Source of the DNA: a bacterium
Lineage (GTDB): Bacteria; UBA8248
Direction of reading: 5' to 3'
Assembly: GCA_965200245.1 (NCBI GenBank)
Contig: CBDATS010000004.1
Location: 1,216,001-1,280,000, forward strand
Length of the DNA: 64,000 nt
Below the pieces are notes generated by a model. The model saw only the letters and a program-made list of their open reading frames with translations. It was not told where the DNA came from and did no database searches. Shown piece after piece: positions 30,524-39,766 of this stretch. Position 1 is the first letter of the stretch; each line of letters begins with the position of its first letter. The position numbers and the translations under genes are program-made.

Positions 30524-32131
30524 CTAGTCGATCTTCCGCGTCACAGAGCGGTGGTTCAGTGCGCCCGGCGCAAGGAGCGAGTTCGGTCCCGCGCCGCCAT
30601 GCACCACGATGGTGATGTCGCTTCGGTCCTCGACGATGGGAAGTGTCGCATTCTCCATCGTATTCACTCCGTAGAGCATCTGCTTCCAGTCGCTCCACCG
30701 TTCGCGCGATTCGGGGGGATAGGCGTGGACGGGAATACGGTAGACTTCACAGAGGAAATCGCGCACGAGCTTTTTGTCGAACCCCGCCTCTGCGACCTTG
30801 TTCGCGTGGGTGGGGCCGAATATAAGCATGATCTCGCAGCGGCCGAACTGCGGTCGAGTGCCGGAGCAAGCGGCCACCGTTCCGAAAGTCCCAAGGATGC
30901 CCTGCGCGGTGAGCGCGCTGTGATCATCTACCATGTGGAGGGGTTCTGCAGTGAACACCGTCACGACACTATCCGTTTCAGCGAAGCCCTTCTCCACATG
31001 GAGCGGCTCCCAGGGGCTCTGTTCGACGTTCTCGGTAATGGCGTCGAAATACTTGGCGAAATGGCCCTGGCAAGTAGCACCCCTGTTTTCGAGGTCGCCG
31101 ATGCAGTTGAACATGATGAACTTGACCGCGCGGCCGATGGAGGCGTTCACTCCCCATCTCTTCTCGCTCAGGTCGCGTCCGTCGCTCATCCCGATCTCTT
31201 GTGCGATGGGGCCGTTCACCACGACGATGGGGAACAGCGTGTGCGCCGTGGTGATGACATGGTTGACGTGATATTCCTCAGCCCCCATGGCTTGCACCGC
31301 TGTCACGAGGATAGGCATGACGCCCGGCTTGCATCCCGCCATGACGGCGTTGGCTGCGATTCGTTCGACAGTGATGTCCGCCATTCTAGGCATGAGGCGG
31401 GCGATGACTTCATCTCCCCTCCGGCCCGAGGCCGCCACAAACCGCTCCACCATCTCCACAGTGGGAGGTATGACGGGCAGCCCGTCGGTCACGCCTAGAT
31501 CGAAGAGCGCTCCGTTGGTGCCAATGGGGTCTGCCTCTATCGAAAGAACTCGCTCGATGGGGTCTTCCGCTGCTGCGGCTTCTCCCCCGTTCGCTGAGTT
31601 CATCCACTCGGAGGCCACAGAATCCACGCCGTTTCGCGCAATGTGCGTCAGAGCGTCGCCGCCTTGGTGGGCCACGGTGTCGTCCACCAGGAGAAGGCGC
31701 AGATTTGGGGATTTATAGGCACGGGCGAAGCTGCGCGCCGCCGTCTCGAAACCGTTTCCCACCACTACGACGGTGGGAACACCGCGTTTTTCGAGTTCCG
31801 CCGAGTCGTGGACACTCCACGACGTGCAACCCCCTCAGACTCCGAAGCCGGTTACCGCCACATCGCAGTTCGAGGCGATCTCGTCGAGCATCTCCTGCCC
31901 GGCACCCTGAGCGGCCCAGCCCTTCTTTCGCACGAAGAGTTCGGCGCCGTGCCGTTCCGCAAAGACCTCCCCGACATGGTTCAGGAATTCACCCGCGTGG
32001 GGCATGTTGTTGTCGAGCAGAGCGATGCGCAGCCCTTTGAGGCCCTTCACGGAGGCGCCTGCGATCGGAGCGTCCTCGACCGCCACGGCGGCGATGGGAT
32101 TGATGATTTCGATTCGAGCGTTCTCGCCCAT
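30524..32131 (-). CDS. UGSC-type selenoprotein domain (UGGC) fused to a 'DGLP' domain, 535 aa, Sec at codon 99 (UGA 31835-31837)
   Basis: ORFs 31835..32233 and 30524..31765 are in frame, joined by GFGV-U-GGCTSWSVHDSAELEKRGVPTVVVV; AGGAG RBS before ATG 32131. Confidence 0.88.
31805..31823 (-). promoter_or_regulatory. Candidate SECIS hairpin of the UGSC fusion gene
   Basis: GTCGTGGA-GTG-TCCACGAC, perfect 8-bp stem 11 nt after the UGA. Confidence 0.8.
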
Positions 32132-32760
32132 ATGTAGACTCCTTCCCCCATACGCGGAAAACGCGAATTTTCGGTGGCTGGCTCGTTCGCAAGCCTGTCC
32201 TCGATTCTGTTCCGATGATTCAACTATAAACAAGAAGCCGATGAGGTGTCAATAATTCCGGATGCGCGTTCAGTGGCAGACCGGAGTGTTCAGGGATTGT
32301 GCGGCGGCGATTCATTGCTTGGGAGTAAAGCCCCGTTCCCCTGCGCGGCGGCACACTCCAGACTGCGTCCGGCTTGGTTCGCGACTGCGGCACCGCTTGT
32401 GCGCCAGGCAATTCTGCCGCCTGTGTGCGTTCGAGTGCCGCAATGGCGGAAGCCCTCCACCTCCAGGTGCACGAGCGCCCGGCACAGGCAACGGAACTAC
32501 TCCTCGATCAAGATCCATACCGCAGAACCCTTCCTCTCCGATAATGTTCCCCACCACCGTAAACGATTCCTACACCCTTCGCTGCAGACAAGTACGACAT
32601 GATATTCGCCAAGGCTAAAGGATATTCGTGCGTACGGGATGGCGATTGCGGCGGTTACCGTTCAAGTGATGGGGATTGGGGGTACGGGTGGCTTCCCCGC
32701 CTGCAGAAGCGAGGGGGGCCAGAATTCATAAAGAGACTCGGGAGGATACGTGAGTTATCC

Positions 32761-32768
32761 CTAAATAT
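32761..32768. repeat. Left target-site duplication CTAAATAT
   Basis: Identical 8-mer at 35153-35160, each abutting a TIR. Confidence 0.85.
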
Positions 32769-34119
32769 GGGAATTATATACTTGACTCCCTTTGCCCCCC
32801 TCAAGGTTAACCAGATATACCACGGCGATAACCTCTACTTCATGTCGGACATGCCAGATGAAAGTATCGATTTGATCTACATCGATCCTCCGTTCGGAAC
32901 ACAGAGTCTCTGGCAATCGAAAGCATTCAGGGAAAAGGTCCAGGAACTGCAGTTTTACGATATCCGGGGCGGCGGGGTGAACGGGTACGTGAATTTCATG
33001 GTGGAAAGACTGAGACGCATGCACCGGCTTCTCAAACCGACCGGCTCCCTGTTCGTTCATCTGGACTGGAGGATGTCGCATTATATCAAAATCGAACTGG
33101 ACGGGATTTTCGGTGTCAGGAGCCCGGCGCAGAACAACACGAATTTCATCAATGAAATTGTCTGGTGTTACACCGATCCGGCCGGACGGAGGAATGCGAG
33201 ATATTACAAGAAAACGCACGATGTGATTTTATGGTATTCGAAAAATCGGAAGAAATACAAAGCCAGTAAAATTGCGAGAGCTCCGTTATCGGAATCAACT
33301 ATCAGGCGGTATGGCCGGTATTTTGACGATAAGGGCCGGATTACCTATGCCAGACTCAAGGAGACGAATCCCGGAGCGTTCAATGGCCTTAAATCGGTCC
33401 CCGAAAACCTGAATGAAATCTGGCTCGATAAAAACAGGGGAACCACGGCATCCGATTGGTGGAGTGATATTACTCCCGTCAAAAGAAAGGGGCGGGCCAG
33501 AAAGCAAAGGAAAAAGTGGAATGGCCAACGAAAAAGCCCCTTTCTCTTTTGGAACGCATCATCGAAACCGTAACGGAAGAAAATGATATCGTTGCGGATT
33601 TTTTCTGTGGTTGCGGTACGACTATCGTTGCCGCCCATCTTCTGAATAGATTATGGATTGGCTGCGATGCCAGCAAAACAGCATGTGATGTTATGAGAGA
33701 CGAGATGCTGGCATATCATTCATTGTTTGTGAATATGGACGTCAAGCCTCTTTCAGGGAAGGATTTCCGGGATCTCCCTCACTTTGAATTCGAGAAGGCC
33801 GCTGTTCGTTATATCGGCGGAGTCACGAATCATGCGCAGGCAGGCGATGGCGGCATTGACGGAAGGCTGGCATTCGATGGAACGCCTATCCAGGTCAGGA
33901 AAGCACGCAGGCCAATAGGGGATACCGACAGTTTCAGGGGGTTCTATCAACCCGTCAGACAGCATGGACGCGGAATATACATTTCGTTGAGCGGCTATAC
34001 CGCCAGGGCCAGAACGGGCGGCAGGATGGGCACGGGAAGGGCTTGATGTTCAGCTATTGACTGTTGACGATGCTCTTGAAGGAAATTTCAGGGAACAGAG
34101 GAAACAAGGCACTAAATAG
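32767..34119 (+). pseudogene. Beta-class N4/N6 DNA methyltransferase fused to an Mrr-like endonuclease domain; two frameshifts
   Basis: DLIYIDPPF, NEIVWCY; after a shift near 33490 WPTKKPLSLLERII, DFFCGCGTT, DGGIDG..IQVRK; after a shift near 34010 QLLTVDDALEG*. Confidence 0.85.
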
Positions 34120-34124
34120 GAAGC

Positions 34125-34616
34125 ATGAACGATTATCTCGACTACCTGATTGAAGCGCTGCATGACGATCTCGACGCAGAGCGTGACGAGATCATGGAAT
34201 CCCCGGATCCATATGATGCCGCATTTGAAATCATGGACGATCTGCTCATCGAGAAGAATGTAGAACCCGGCGATACTGCAATGGGTATATTACCTGGAGT
34301 CATTTACGACTGGTTTGAAAAGGATTTAATTGAAGAGGGCGTCAGATAGGATAACCCCAAGAAAGACAAAAATATAGGGAAACATGCATTCAAAAAACTG
34401 GAAGGACAGGGAGTATCGTTTGTTGATGTTCAACCATTGTTCTGGAAAAATGCCGACTCTGATGTGCATTTTCTGTATGTGGAAGGAAGTTTAGAAAACC
34501 CTAACATGAGAGAACACAGATGGCGATTTCTGGGATGGTGGTTCAACCCCGATACCGAGGAAACGAGATATTATCAGGGCGTTTGTACCGTTAAAAAAGA
34601 GGTTATATTCGTCTAA
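34125..34616 (+). pseudogene. Hypothetical passenger gene interrupted by an in-frame TAG (34347-34349)
   Basis: 74-aa ORF continues 88 codons in the same frame past the TAG to TAA 34614-34616. Confidence 0.55.
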
Positions 34617-34696
34617 TCACGGCGCAAAGGAGAACTGAAAATGGTTACGAAAGGACGTTCAGGCAAAGGCAAAAAAGGGGCAAGAACGATATTATC

Positions 34697-34906
34697 ATGG
34701 GGACAAATGGCTACTTTAAGGGAAAATATTATTATAGCGAAGGGAAAAGATATCTCCGATACCATGATGACATGACCCCCGAAGAAGTGGACAAGTGCAA
34801 GTTGATAAGTCCAACGGAAGCATATGAGCTATACAAGGACGTGAAATGGGAAAAAGGCGTCCTTAAAAAAGGAAGCACTGTAATATATGATCCATCCGAA
34901 GATTAG
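34697..34906 (+). CDS. Small hypothetical passenger protein
   Basis: 69-aa ORF in an AT-rich cassette with coding-like composition. Confidence 0.5.
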   Translation: MGTNGYFKGKYYYSEGKRYLRYHDDMTPEEVDKCKLISPTEAYELYKDVKWEKGVLKKGSTVIYDPSED

Positions 34907-34946
34907 TTTCCACTATAGGCTCCATAAAAAAGCTCTGGTAGAGGGA

Positions 34947-35118
34947 ATGATCACGTCTGACAAGCGGCCAACAGTAAAGCTCGTCAAGCCATCATATCAA
35001 CCGGGCAAGTCCGAATTGAATGCCGACCTGCGGATAAAAGCGACCTTTTGAGCAAGCTATAAAGGCATTGGGAAAGAACGTGAACGTCAAGTATGTGGAC
35101 AGCCCGAAGAACAGCTAG
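34947..35118 (+). pseudogene. Small IS-associated ORF (KPSYQPxKxEL type) with a +1 frameshift
   Basis: MITSDKRPTVKLVKPSYQPGKSELNADLRIKATF / EQAIKALGKNVNVKYVDSPKNS*; extra T in a T4 run; ends next to the right TIR. Confidence 0.5.
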
Positions 35119-35152
35119 GTCTTCCGTTTCGGCACTTTCGTATATAATTCCG

Positions 35153-35160
35153 CTAAATAT
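35153..35160. repeat. Right target-site duplication CTAAATAT
   Basis: Matches 32761-32768. Confidence 0.85.
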
Positions 35161-35400
35161 TATCCAGCATTTACAGGATCTGGCCGTTCGCTTCTTTTCG
35201 GTATCTTCCCTCCTGCCGATATGCAATCAAACGGATACGAACACACAGAATACGAGAGCAAGAGACATAAATATAACGAAAATACAGAAAAAACAAGAGC
35301 ACTAAAGTTCAGTACGTAATAACAATCAGCAACTTTTATAACATGAACGCGGTCCGTCGAACCATTGCGAAACAGGAAGTTTCGTGTTGCGGCTTTTTTC

Positions 35401-35426
35401 GTCATTCCGGTGCATGCCGGAATCCA
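35401..35426. repeat. REP-like palindrome
   Basis: GTCATTCCGG-TGCATG-CCGGAATCCA. Confidence 0.45.
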
Positions 35427-35675
35427 TTTCTTTTGTCTTTTGTTCTGTGATTGGTTCCCGCCAAGACGGGGAGAGAAAAAACCGGAGTATTGTCACTCCA
35501 CTCGGGAATGGATTCCGCAGCCCTTCCTCCCTTGGTCGGGACTGACACCAGAACACTAGCGGTAGTCAACTCCGGGCGAAGAAGGGTTTTTCAGCAACCC
35601 CGTATGCGCCCCCAAATAGCGTCGCCAACCCAATAACGCGCAAGCCTTTCAGAAAAAGATGCCTGCTTCCAGAAC

Positions 35676-36536
35676 TCACACCTCGCGAGAGCGCTGGATG
35701 CGGCGCAACTCCCGCAGCGTAAGGTGTAAATCCTCGTCCCGTAGCGTGGGAGATGCGATGCGCGCGCGCCGCACGTTCGCCGTGTCCACTTCCGTGACGA
35801 GCAACTGCACCTCCGCTCGCTCTGCCTGGGCGAGCGGTTCCCCGCTGGGGGCGAGGATCTCCGATCCACCCCAGAAGTTGATACCATCCTCATATCCCAC
35901 GCGGTTGCTGAATACGACGTGCTGGTTGTAGGCCGCGGCGTAGGTTCTCGTGAGCGACTGCCAGACGCGCTGGATGGAGAGTCCGCCCTTGCCGTTTGCC
36001 TTGTTCACCCCGCGCGCGGGGCTCGCCGAGGGGACGATCAGCAAATCCGCGCCGTCGAGCGAAGCAATGCCCGCCAGGCTCGGATGCCAAGCGTCTTCAC
36101 AGATGAGAATGGCCGCGCGCCCGAATTTGGTGTCGAAGGTACGCACCTTGTCCCCCCGGCCCACGTAGCGGTTCTCATCGAACAGTCCGTAAGTCGGTAG
36201 ATACACCTTGCGGTGCACATGGAGAAGATTGCCGCCCTCGAAATAGGCGGCGGAGTTGAAAAACCCGTGCCTGCCTGACTCTTCCACGAAGCCCACCACG
36301 AGGGAAACCTTGTCGCTCAAGGCGGCAACTTCTTTCATCGGTGCGGTATTGCATCGAACAGCTACCTCGGGAACCATGTCCTTCAGGAAATAGCCGGTGA
36401 GCGAGAGTTCGGGAAAGACAAGGAGATCAACACCTTGCGCTTCGGCCTTTCGCACCTCCTCTACCAGCAATTCGCGGTTCGCATCGAGGTTCCCGAGCCT
36501 CGGGCTTATTTGAGCCGCCGCCGCCAGAAATTTCAT
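35676..36536 (-). CDS. Nitrilase-fold glutamine amidotransferase (likely glutaminase subunit of NAD synthetase)
   Basis: FPELSLTGY, RKVYLPTYGLFDENRY, ICEDAWH (E-K-C triad). Confidence 0.88.
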   Translation of the reverse strand: MKFLAAAAQISPRLGNLDANRELLVEEVRKAEAQGVDLLVFPELSLTGYFLKDMVPEVAVRCNTAPMKEVAALSDKVSLVVGFVEESGRHGFFNSAAYFEGGNLLHVHRKVYLPTYGLFDENRYVGRGDKVRTFDTKFGRAAILICEDAWHPSLAGIASLDGADLLIVPSASPARGVNKANGKGGLSIQRVWQSLTRTYAAAYNQHVVFSNRVGYEDGINFWGGSEILAPSGEPLAQAERAEVQLLVTEVDTANVRRARIASPTLRDEDLHLTLRELRRIQRSREV

Positions 36537-36665
36537 GTTGGCTTCCTGTCAAGATAGAACCGGAGATTCAAACCCTTCTGCGCCCGGCTGCGATGAAACG
36601 CTGCGGGCTCACCATTGCCTAGCACATTATCGGGAACCAAAGGAAACAGGTGCGGGAAATCCGGC

Positions 36666-37040
36666 TCAGACGAAGAGCTTCGTTTCCGCCCCTTTGGTTT
36701 TCCTCATGAACTCGGGCAGGCTGATGATCTCGTCCACGACATCCGCCACATCCTCCACTGCCATTCCCAAAAGTTTTGGCTGCGCGGCGCAAGCGTATAG
36801 TTTCAGTTTCCCCAGTCTCCTTGCGGACTCGATGAGTTCTTCCGCCGAATGCGCCCCGCGTGCGCCCCCTGCTGCGGGAAGCACATTATCAAGATCATCA
36901 TTCACGAATCTCCTGAGCGCGGCAAAAAAAAGAATGACATGCACATCATCTCCGTTCGCGGCTGCACTTGCCGCCAAGGCAGCTATCTGGTGGATGCGCT
37001 CGGCATCGCCGCTGTTGGCGTATATGACAAACTCGGACAT
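36666..37040 (-). CDS. DsrE/DsrF-like protein
   Basis: AASAAANGDDVHVILFF, KLYAC, C-terminal LFV. Confidence 0.7.
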   Translation of the reverse strand: MSEFVIYANSGDAERIHQIAALAASAAANGDDVHVILFFAALRRFVNDDLDNVLPAAGGARGAHSAEELIESARRLGKLKLYACAAQPKLLGMAVEDVADVVDEIISLPEFMRKTKGAETKLFV

Positions 37041-37070
37041 GTGGACCTTAATGGATGCGCCGGGGAAGCA

Positions 37071-37340
37071 TCACTCGAAATCTTTCGGCTTTACGTTTTC
37101 GAAGTCATAATCGGGCAGGTCCGAACGGGCTGGTGGATCGACACCCTCATCCTGCATATAACGGGGTTTCGGTTTCGAGGCCAGAAGGTGGGCGATCAAA
37201 CGATAGAGTCCATAAATCAGGCCAAAAGTCGCGACAAGCCAGAGTGCTCCCGTGAAATCACGGTGATAGAAGAAGTACGCAAGACCCAGCCAGAAAACAA
37301 ATCCGGTGAATTTACCCAAAGCCGATCGATCGTTCTCCAT
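37071..37340 (-). CDS. Small hypothetical membrane protein
   Basis: Two hydrophobic segments; in operon order. Confidence 0.55.
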   Translation of the reverse strand: MENDRSALGKFTGFVFWLGLAYFFYHRDFTGALWLVATFGLIYGLYRLIAHLLASKPKPRYMQDEGVDPPARSDLPDYDFENVKPKDFE

Positions 37341-37376
37341 CGCCAGCCGCCTTCCTCGAATCATTCCCAAGCGCGT

Positions 37377-37823
37377 TCAGTCCGCCTCGGAAGCGGGCGA
37401 CACGGACTCGCTCTCTTCAGTATCCGCTTTCACCGCTTCAGGGTCTTCCTCTGTATCCTCCGCGCTCGCCACCGCGTCTGTTCGATCACCCGTCATGTGG
37501 CAGGCGCCCTCGAACACAGCACCTTCTTCTATATATATGCTCGGCGTGAAAATCTCGCCGCTCACGTGCGAGCCGACTCTCACCTCACATTTTTCACTGG
37601 TTTGTATCTTGCCTTCCATACGGCCCATCACGATTACGACGCCGGCCTTGACGTCCCCCTTCACCTTCGCTGCGGTCCCGATTATAAAAGTGTCGTCCGT
37701 GATGACCTCACCCTCCAGGACACCGTCCACGCGCACGGTTCCCTCGAAGGTAATGACTCCCTTGAATTCGGTGCCTTCCCCCAGAAAGGCGCGAATGCTC
37801 TTCTCGTAGTTTTTCGCCATCAT
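37377..37823 (-). CDS. Bactofilin (polymer-forming cytoskeletal protein)
   Basis: FLGEGTEFKG, VRVDG, IEEGAVFEGACHM. Confidence 0.9.
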   Translation of the reverse strand: MMAKNYEKSIRAFLGEGTEFKGVITFEGTVRVDGVLEGEVITDDTFIIGTAAKVKGDVKAGVVIVMGRMEGKIQTSEKCEVRVGSHVSGEIFTPSIYIEEGAVFEGACHMTGDRTDAVASAEDTEEDPEAVKADTEESESVSPASEAD

Positions 37824-37858
37824 CGACCCTCACGTGATTCCCGATGAGAAAACCGGAG

Positions 37859-38785
37859 CTAACAAAGTCGCTGGAGCAATCCCTCAAGCGTCTCTCTCGT
37901 ATAATACTCTATTTCTATCTTTCCGCTCTCCCCGTCTCCTGAAATTGCGACTTTTGCTCCGAGTGCGCTTCGGAGCCGTTCGGCTGCCTCGCGCAGATAA
38001 AGCGCCTGCGGCCCCGTCGGGCCGCTTTGGGGAGCGAGGCGAGGCGAGGGTTCCCTCTTCTCGCTCCCGCCCTCGAGCGCGCGTCGAATCCGCATCTCAA
38101 GCTGGCGCACCGAGAGTTTCTTCTCCGTGGCGGCACCGGCGTGACTCGCCATCTCTTCTTCCGTGCGCAAGGCGAGGAGTGCCCTGGCATGCCCCATGGA
38201 GAGAAGTCCTGCGGCCACGCTCTCCTGAACCGAGGCGGGCAGATTGAGCAGGCGGACATAGTTCGCGACTGTGGAGCGATCCTTGCCCACGCGAGAGGCG
38301 ACTTCTTCCTGCGTTAGACCCAGGCGTTCCATCATGCTCGCGTATGCTGCCGCTTCCTCCATGGGGTTCAAGTCCGCGCGTTGCACGTTCTCGACGATGG
38401 CGAGTTCGAGCGTTTCGTTTCCCCCGGCGTCGGTCAGGATAACGGGAACCTCTTCGACTTCCGCCAAGCGCGCAGCGCGCCAGCGGCGCTCCCCGGCCAC
38501 GATTTCATGCCCCCCGCTTGCGGTGCGCCGCACGAGAAGGGGCTGGAGCACCCCGTAACGCTTCACGGATTGTGCGAGCCCGGCCAGATCCTCCTCGTCG
38601 AAATCGACGCGCGGCTGGTGAACGCCGGGGCTTAAGTGCTCCGGAGAAAGCCGTAACAGGATTCCTGCGTCCCCGGCGGCAGTTCGCGGAGATTCCAGCA
38701 CCGCTGGCGCGGGTTCCTGTGTCTCATGGGAAGCCAGCAGCGCGTCCAGGCCGCGTCCGAGCACTTTTTTTCTCGTCGTCGTCAT
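37859..38785 (-). CDS. parB: Chromosome partitioning protein ParB
   Basis: LGRGLDALL, QPR, GERRWRAA, ENVQRADL, HTH GKDRSTVANYVRLL. Confidence 0.97.
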   Translation of the reverse strand: MTTTRKKVLGRGLDALLASHETQEPAPAVLESPRTAAGDAGILLRLSPEHLSPGVHQPRVDFDEEDLAGLAQSVKRYGVLQPLLVRRTASGGHEIVAGERRWRAARLAEVEEVPVILTDAGGNETLELAIVENVQRADLNPMEEAAAYASMMERLGLTQEEVASRVGKDRSTVANYVRLLNLPASVQESVAAGLLSMGHARALLALRTEEEMASHAGAATEKKLSVRQLEMRIRRALEGGSEKREPSPRLAPQSGPTGPQALYLREAAERLRSALGAKVAISGDGESGKIEIEYYTRETLEGLLQRLC

Positions 38786-39627
38786 GTCTGGCTATTCATC
38801 CTTTCTTTCGAGCGCGCGATGAACTCGCCTGCAAGCGCGAGGTAGGCCTGCGCGCCCGGCGAGGATATGTCGTAGCCGATCACCGGTTTGCCGTGGCTCG
38901 GCGCCTCGGCCAAGCGCACGTTCCTGGGAATCACGACCCGGTAGATCAAATCCGGCAGATGAGAGCGTAAATCCTCGTTCACCTGACGAGAGAGGTTCGT
39001 TCTCGAATCATACATCGTGAGCAGGATTCCCCCTATTCTCAGGCCCGGATGAGCGCTCCCGCGTATCCGTTCCACCGTCTTCATCAGCCGGGCCAGGCCC
39101 TCAAGGGCGAAATACTCCGCCTGAATGGGGATCAGCACTTCATCCGCCGTCCACAGGCTGTTCAGCGTGAGGAAGCCGAGTGAGGGCGGGCAGTCGATCA
39201 GGATATAGCGGAACTGGTTCCTGAGCGGCTTGATAATGTTACGCAGCCGGCTCTCCCTTTGCGGCAAATCAGCTATTTCGACTTCAGCACCCGCCAGGTC
39301 GATGGAAGAAGGTAAAATTTTAAGTCCTTTTATATCAGTTCTATATAAGGATTTATCGTCTATCGGATCACCCAGAACGAGCGCCCGGTAGAGCGAAGAG
39401 GCAGGAGAAAATATACCGAAACTACTCGTCGCGTTCGATTGTGGGTCCATGTCAACCAGCAGCGTCGGCTGGTTCGCCACAGCAAGGCAGGCTGCGAGAT
39501 TGACGGCCGTCGTCGTCTTGCCGACGCCACCCTTTTGGTTCACGACGGCCACGACCGTACTGTGGCCATCGTTCGTGCTGGCTTCAGGAACGTCGGGGGA
39601 AATGGTTGCTCCGAATGTGGTTTCCAT
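38782..39627 (-). CDS. parA: Chromosome partitioning ATPase ParA/Soj
   Basis: NQKGGVGKTT, DCPPSLG, EAPSHG. Confidence 0.97.
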   Translation of the reverse strand: METTFGATISPDVPEASTNDGHSTVVAVVNQKGGVGKTTTAVNLAACLAVANQPTLLVDMDPQSNATSSFGIFSPASSLYRALVLGDPIDDKSLYRTDIKGLKILPSSIDLAGAEVEIADLPQRESRLRNIIKPLRNQFRYILIDCPPSLGFLTLNSLWTADEVLIPIQAEYFALEGLARLMKTVERIRGSAHPGLRIGGILLTMYDSRTNLSRQVNEDLRSHLPDLIYRVVIPRNVRLAEAPSHGKPVIGYDISSPGAQAYLALAGEFIARSKERMNSQT

Positions 39628-39703
39628 GGTCGGTTATCGGGGCGGATGAATAGGGGTCTTCGTGACAAAAGATTCTCACACCACACCTGAAAATTCAACC
39701 GGA

Positions 39704-39719
39704 TGTTTCACGTGGAACC
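39704..39719. promoter_or_regulatory. parS site (near consensus)
   Basis: TGTTTCACGTGGAACC. Confidence 0.85.
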
Positions 39720-39750
39720 GTATTTTCCTTCGTCATACCTGCCAGAGAAA

Positions 39751-39766
39751 TGTTTCACGTGGAACA
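39751..39766. promoter_or_regulatory. parS site
   Basis: TGTTTCACGTGGAACA (reverse complement TGTTCCACGTGAAACA, the canonical parS). Confidence 0.93.

Larger units (their letters stand above)
32769..35152. mobile_element. Non-autonomous IS1595-family-like cassette (no transposase) with passenger genes
   Basis: TIRs GGGAATTATATAC / CGGAATTATATAC (12 of 13 match), 8-bp direct repeat, AT-rich interior. Confidence 0.8.

Noticed and set aside
32140-32760. Short ORFs upstream of the UGSC fusion and the 5' extension of ORF 32599
   Set aside because: No recognisable coding signal; the extension lies outside the mobile cassette
34125-35118. Prophage remnant interpretation of the AT-rich small ORFs
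   Set aside because: No phage hallmark genes; the block is bounded by TIRs and a target duplication
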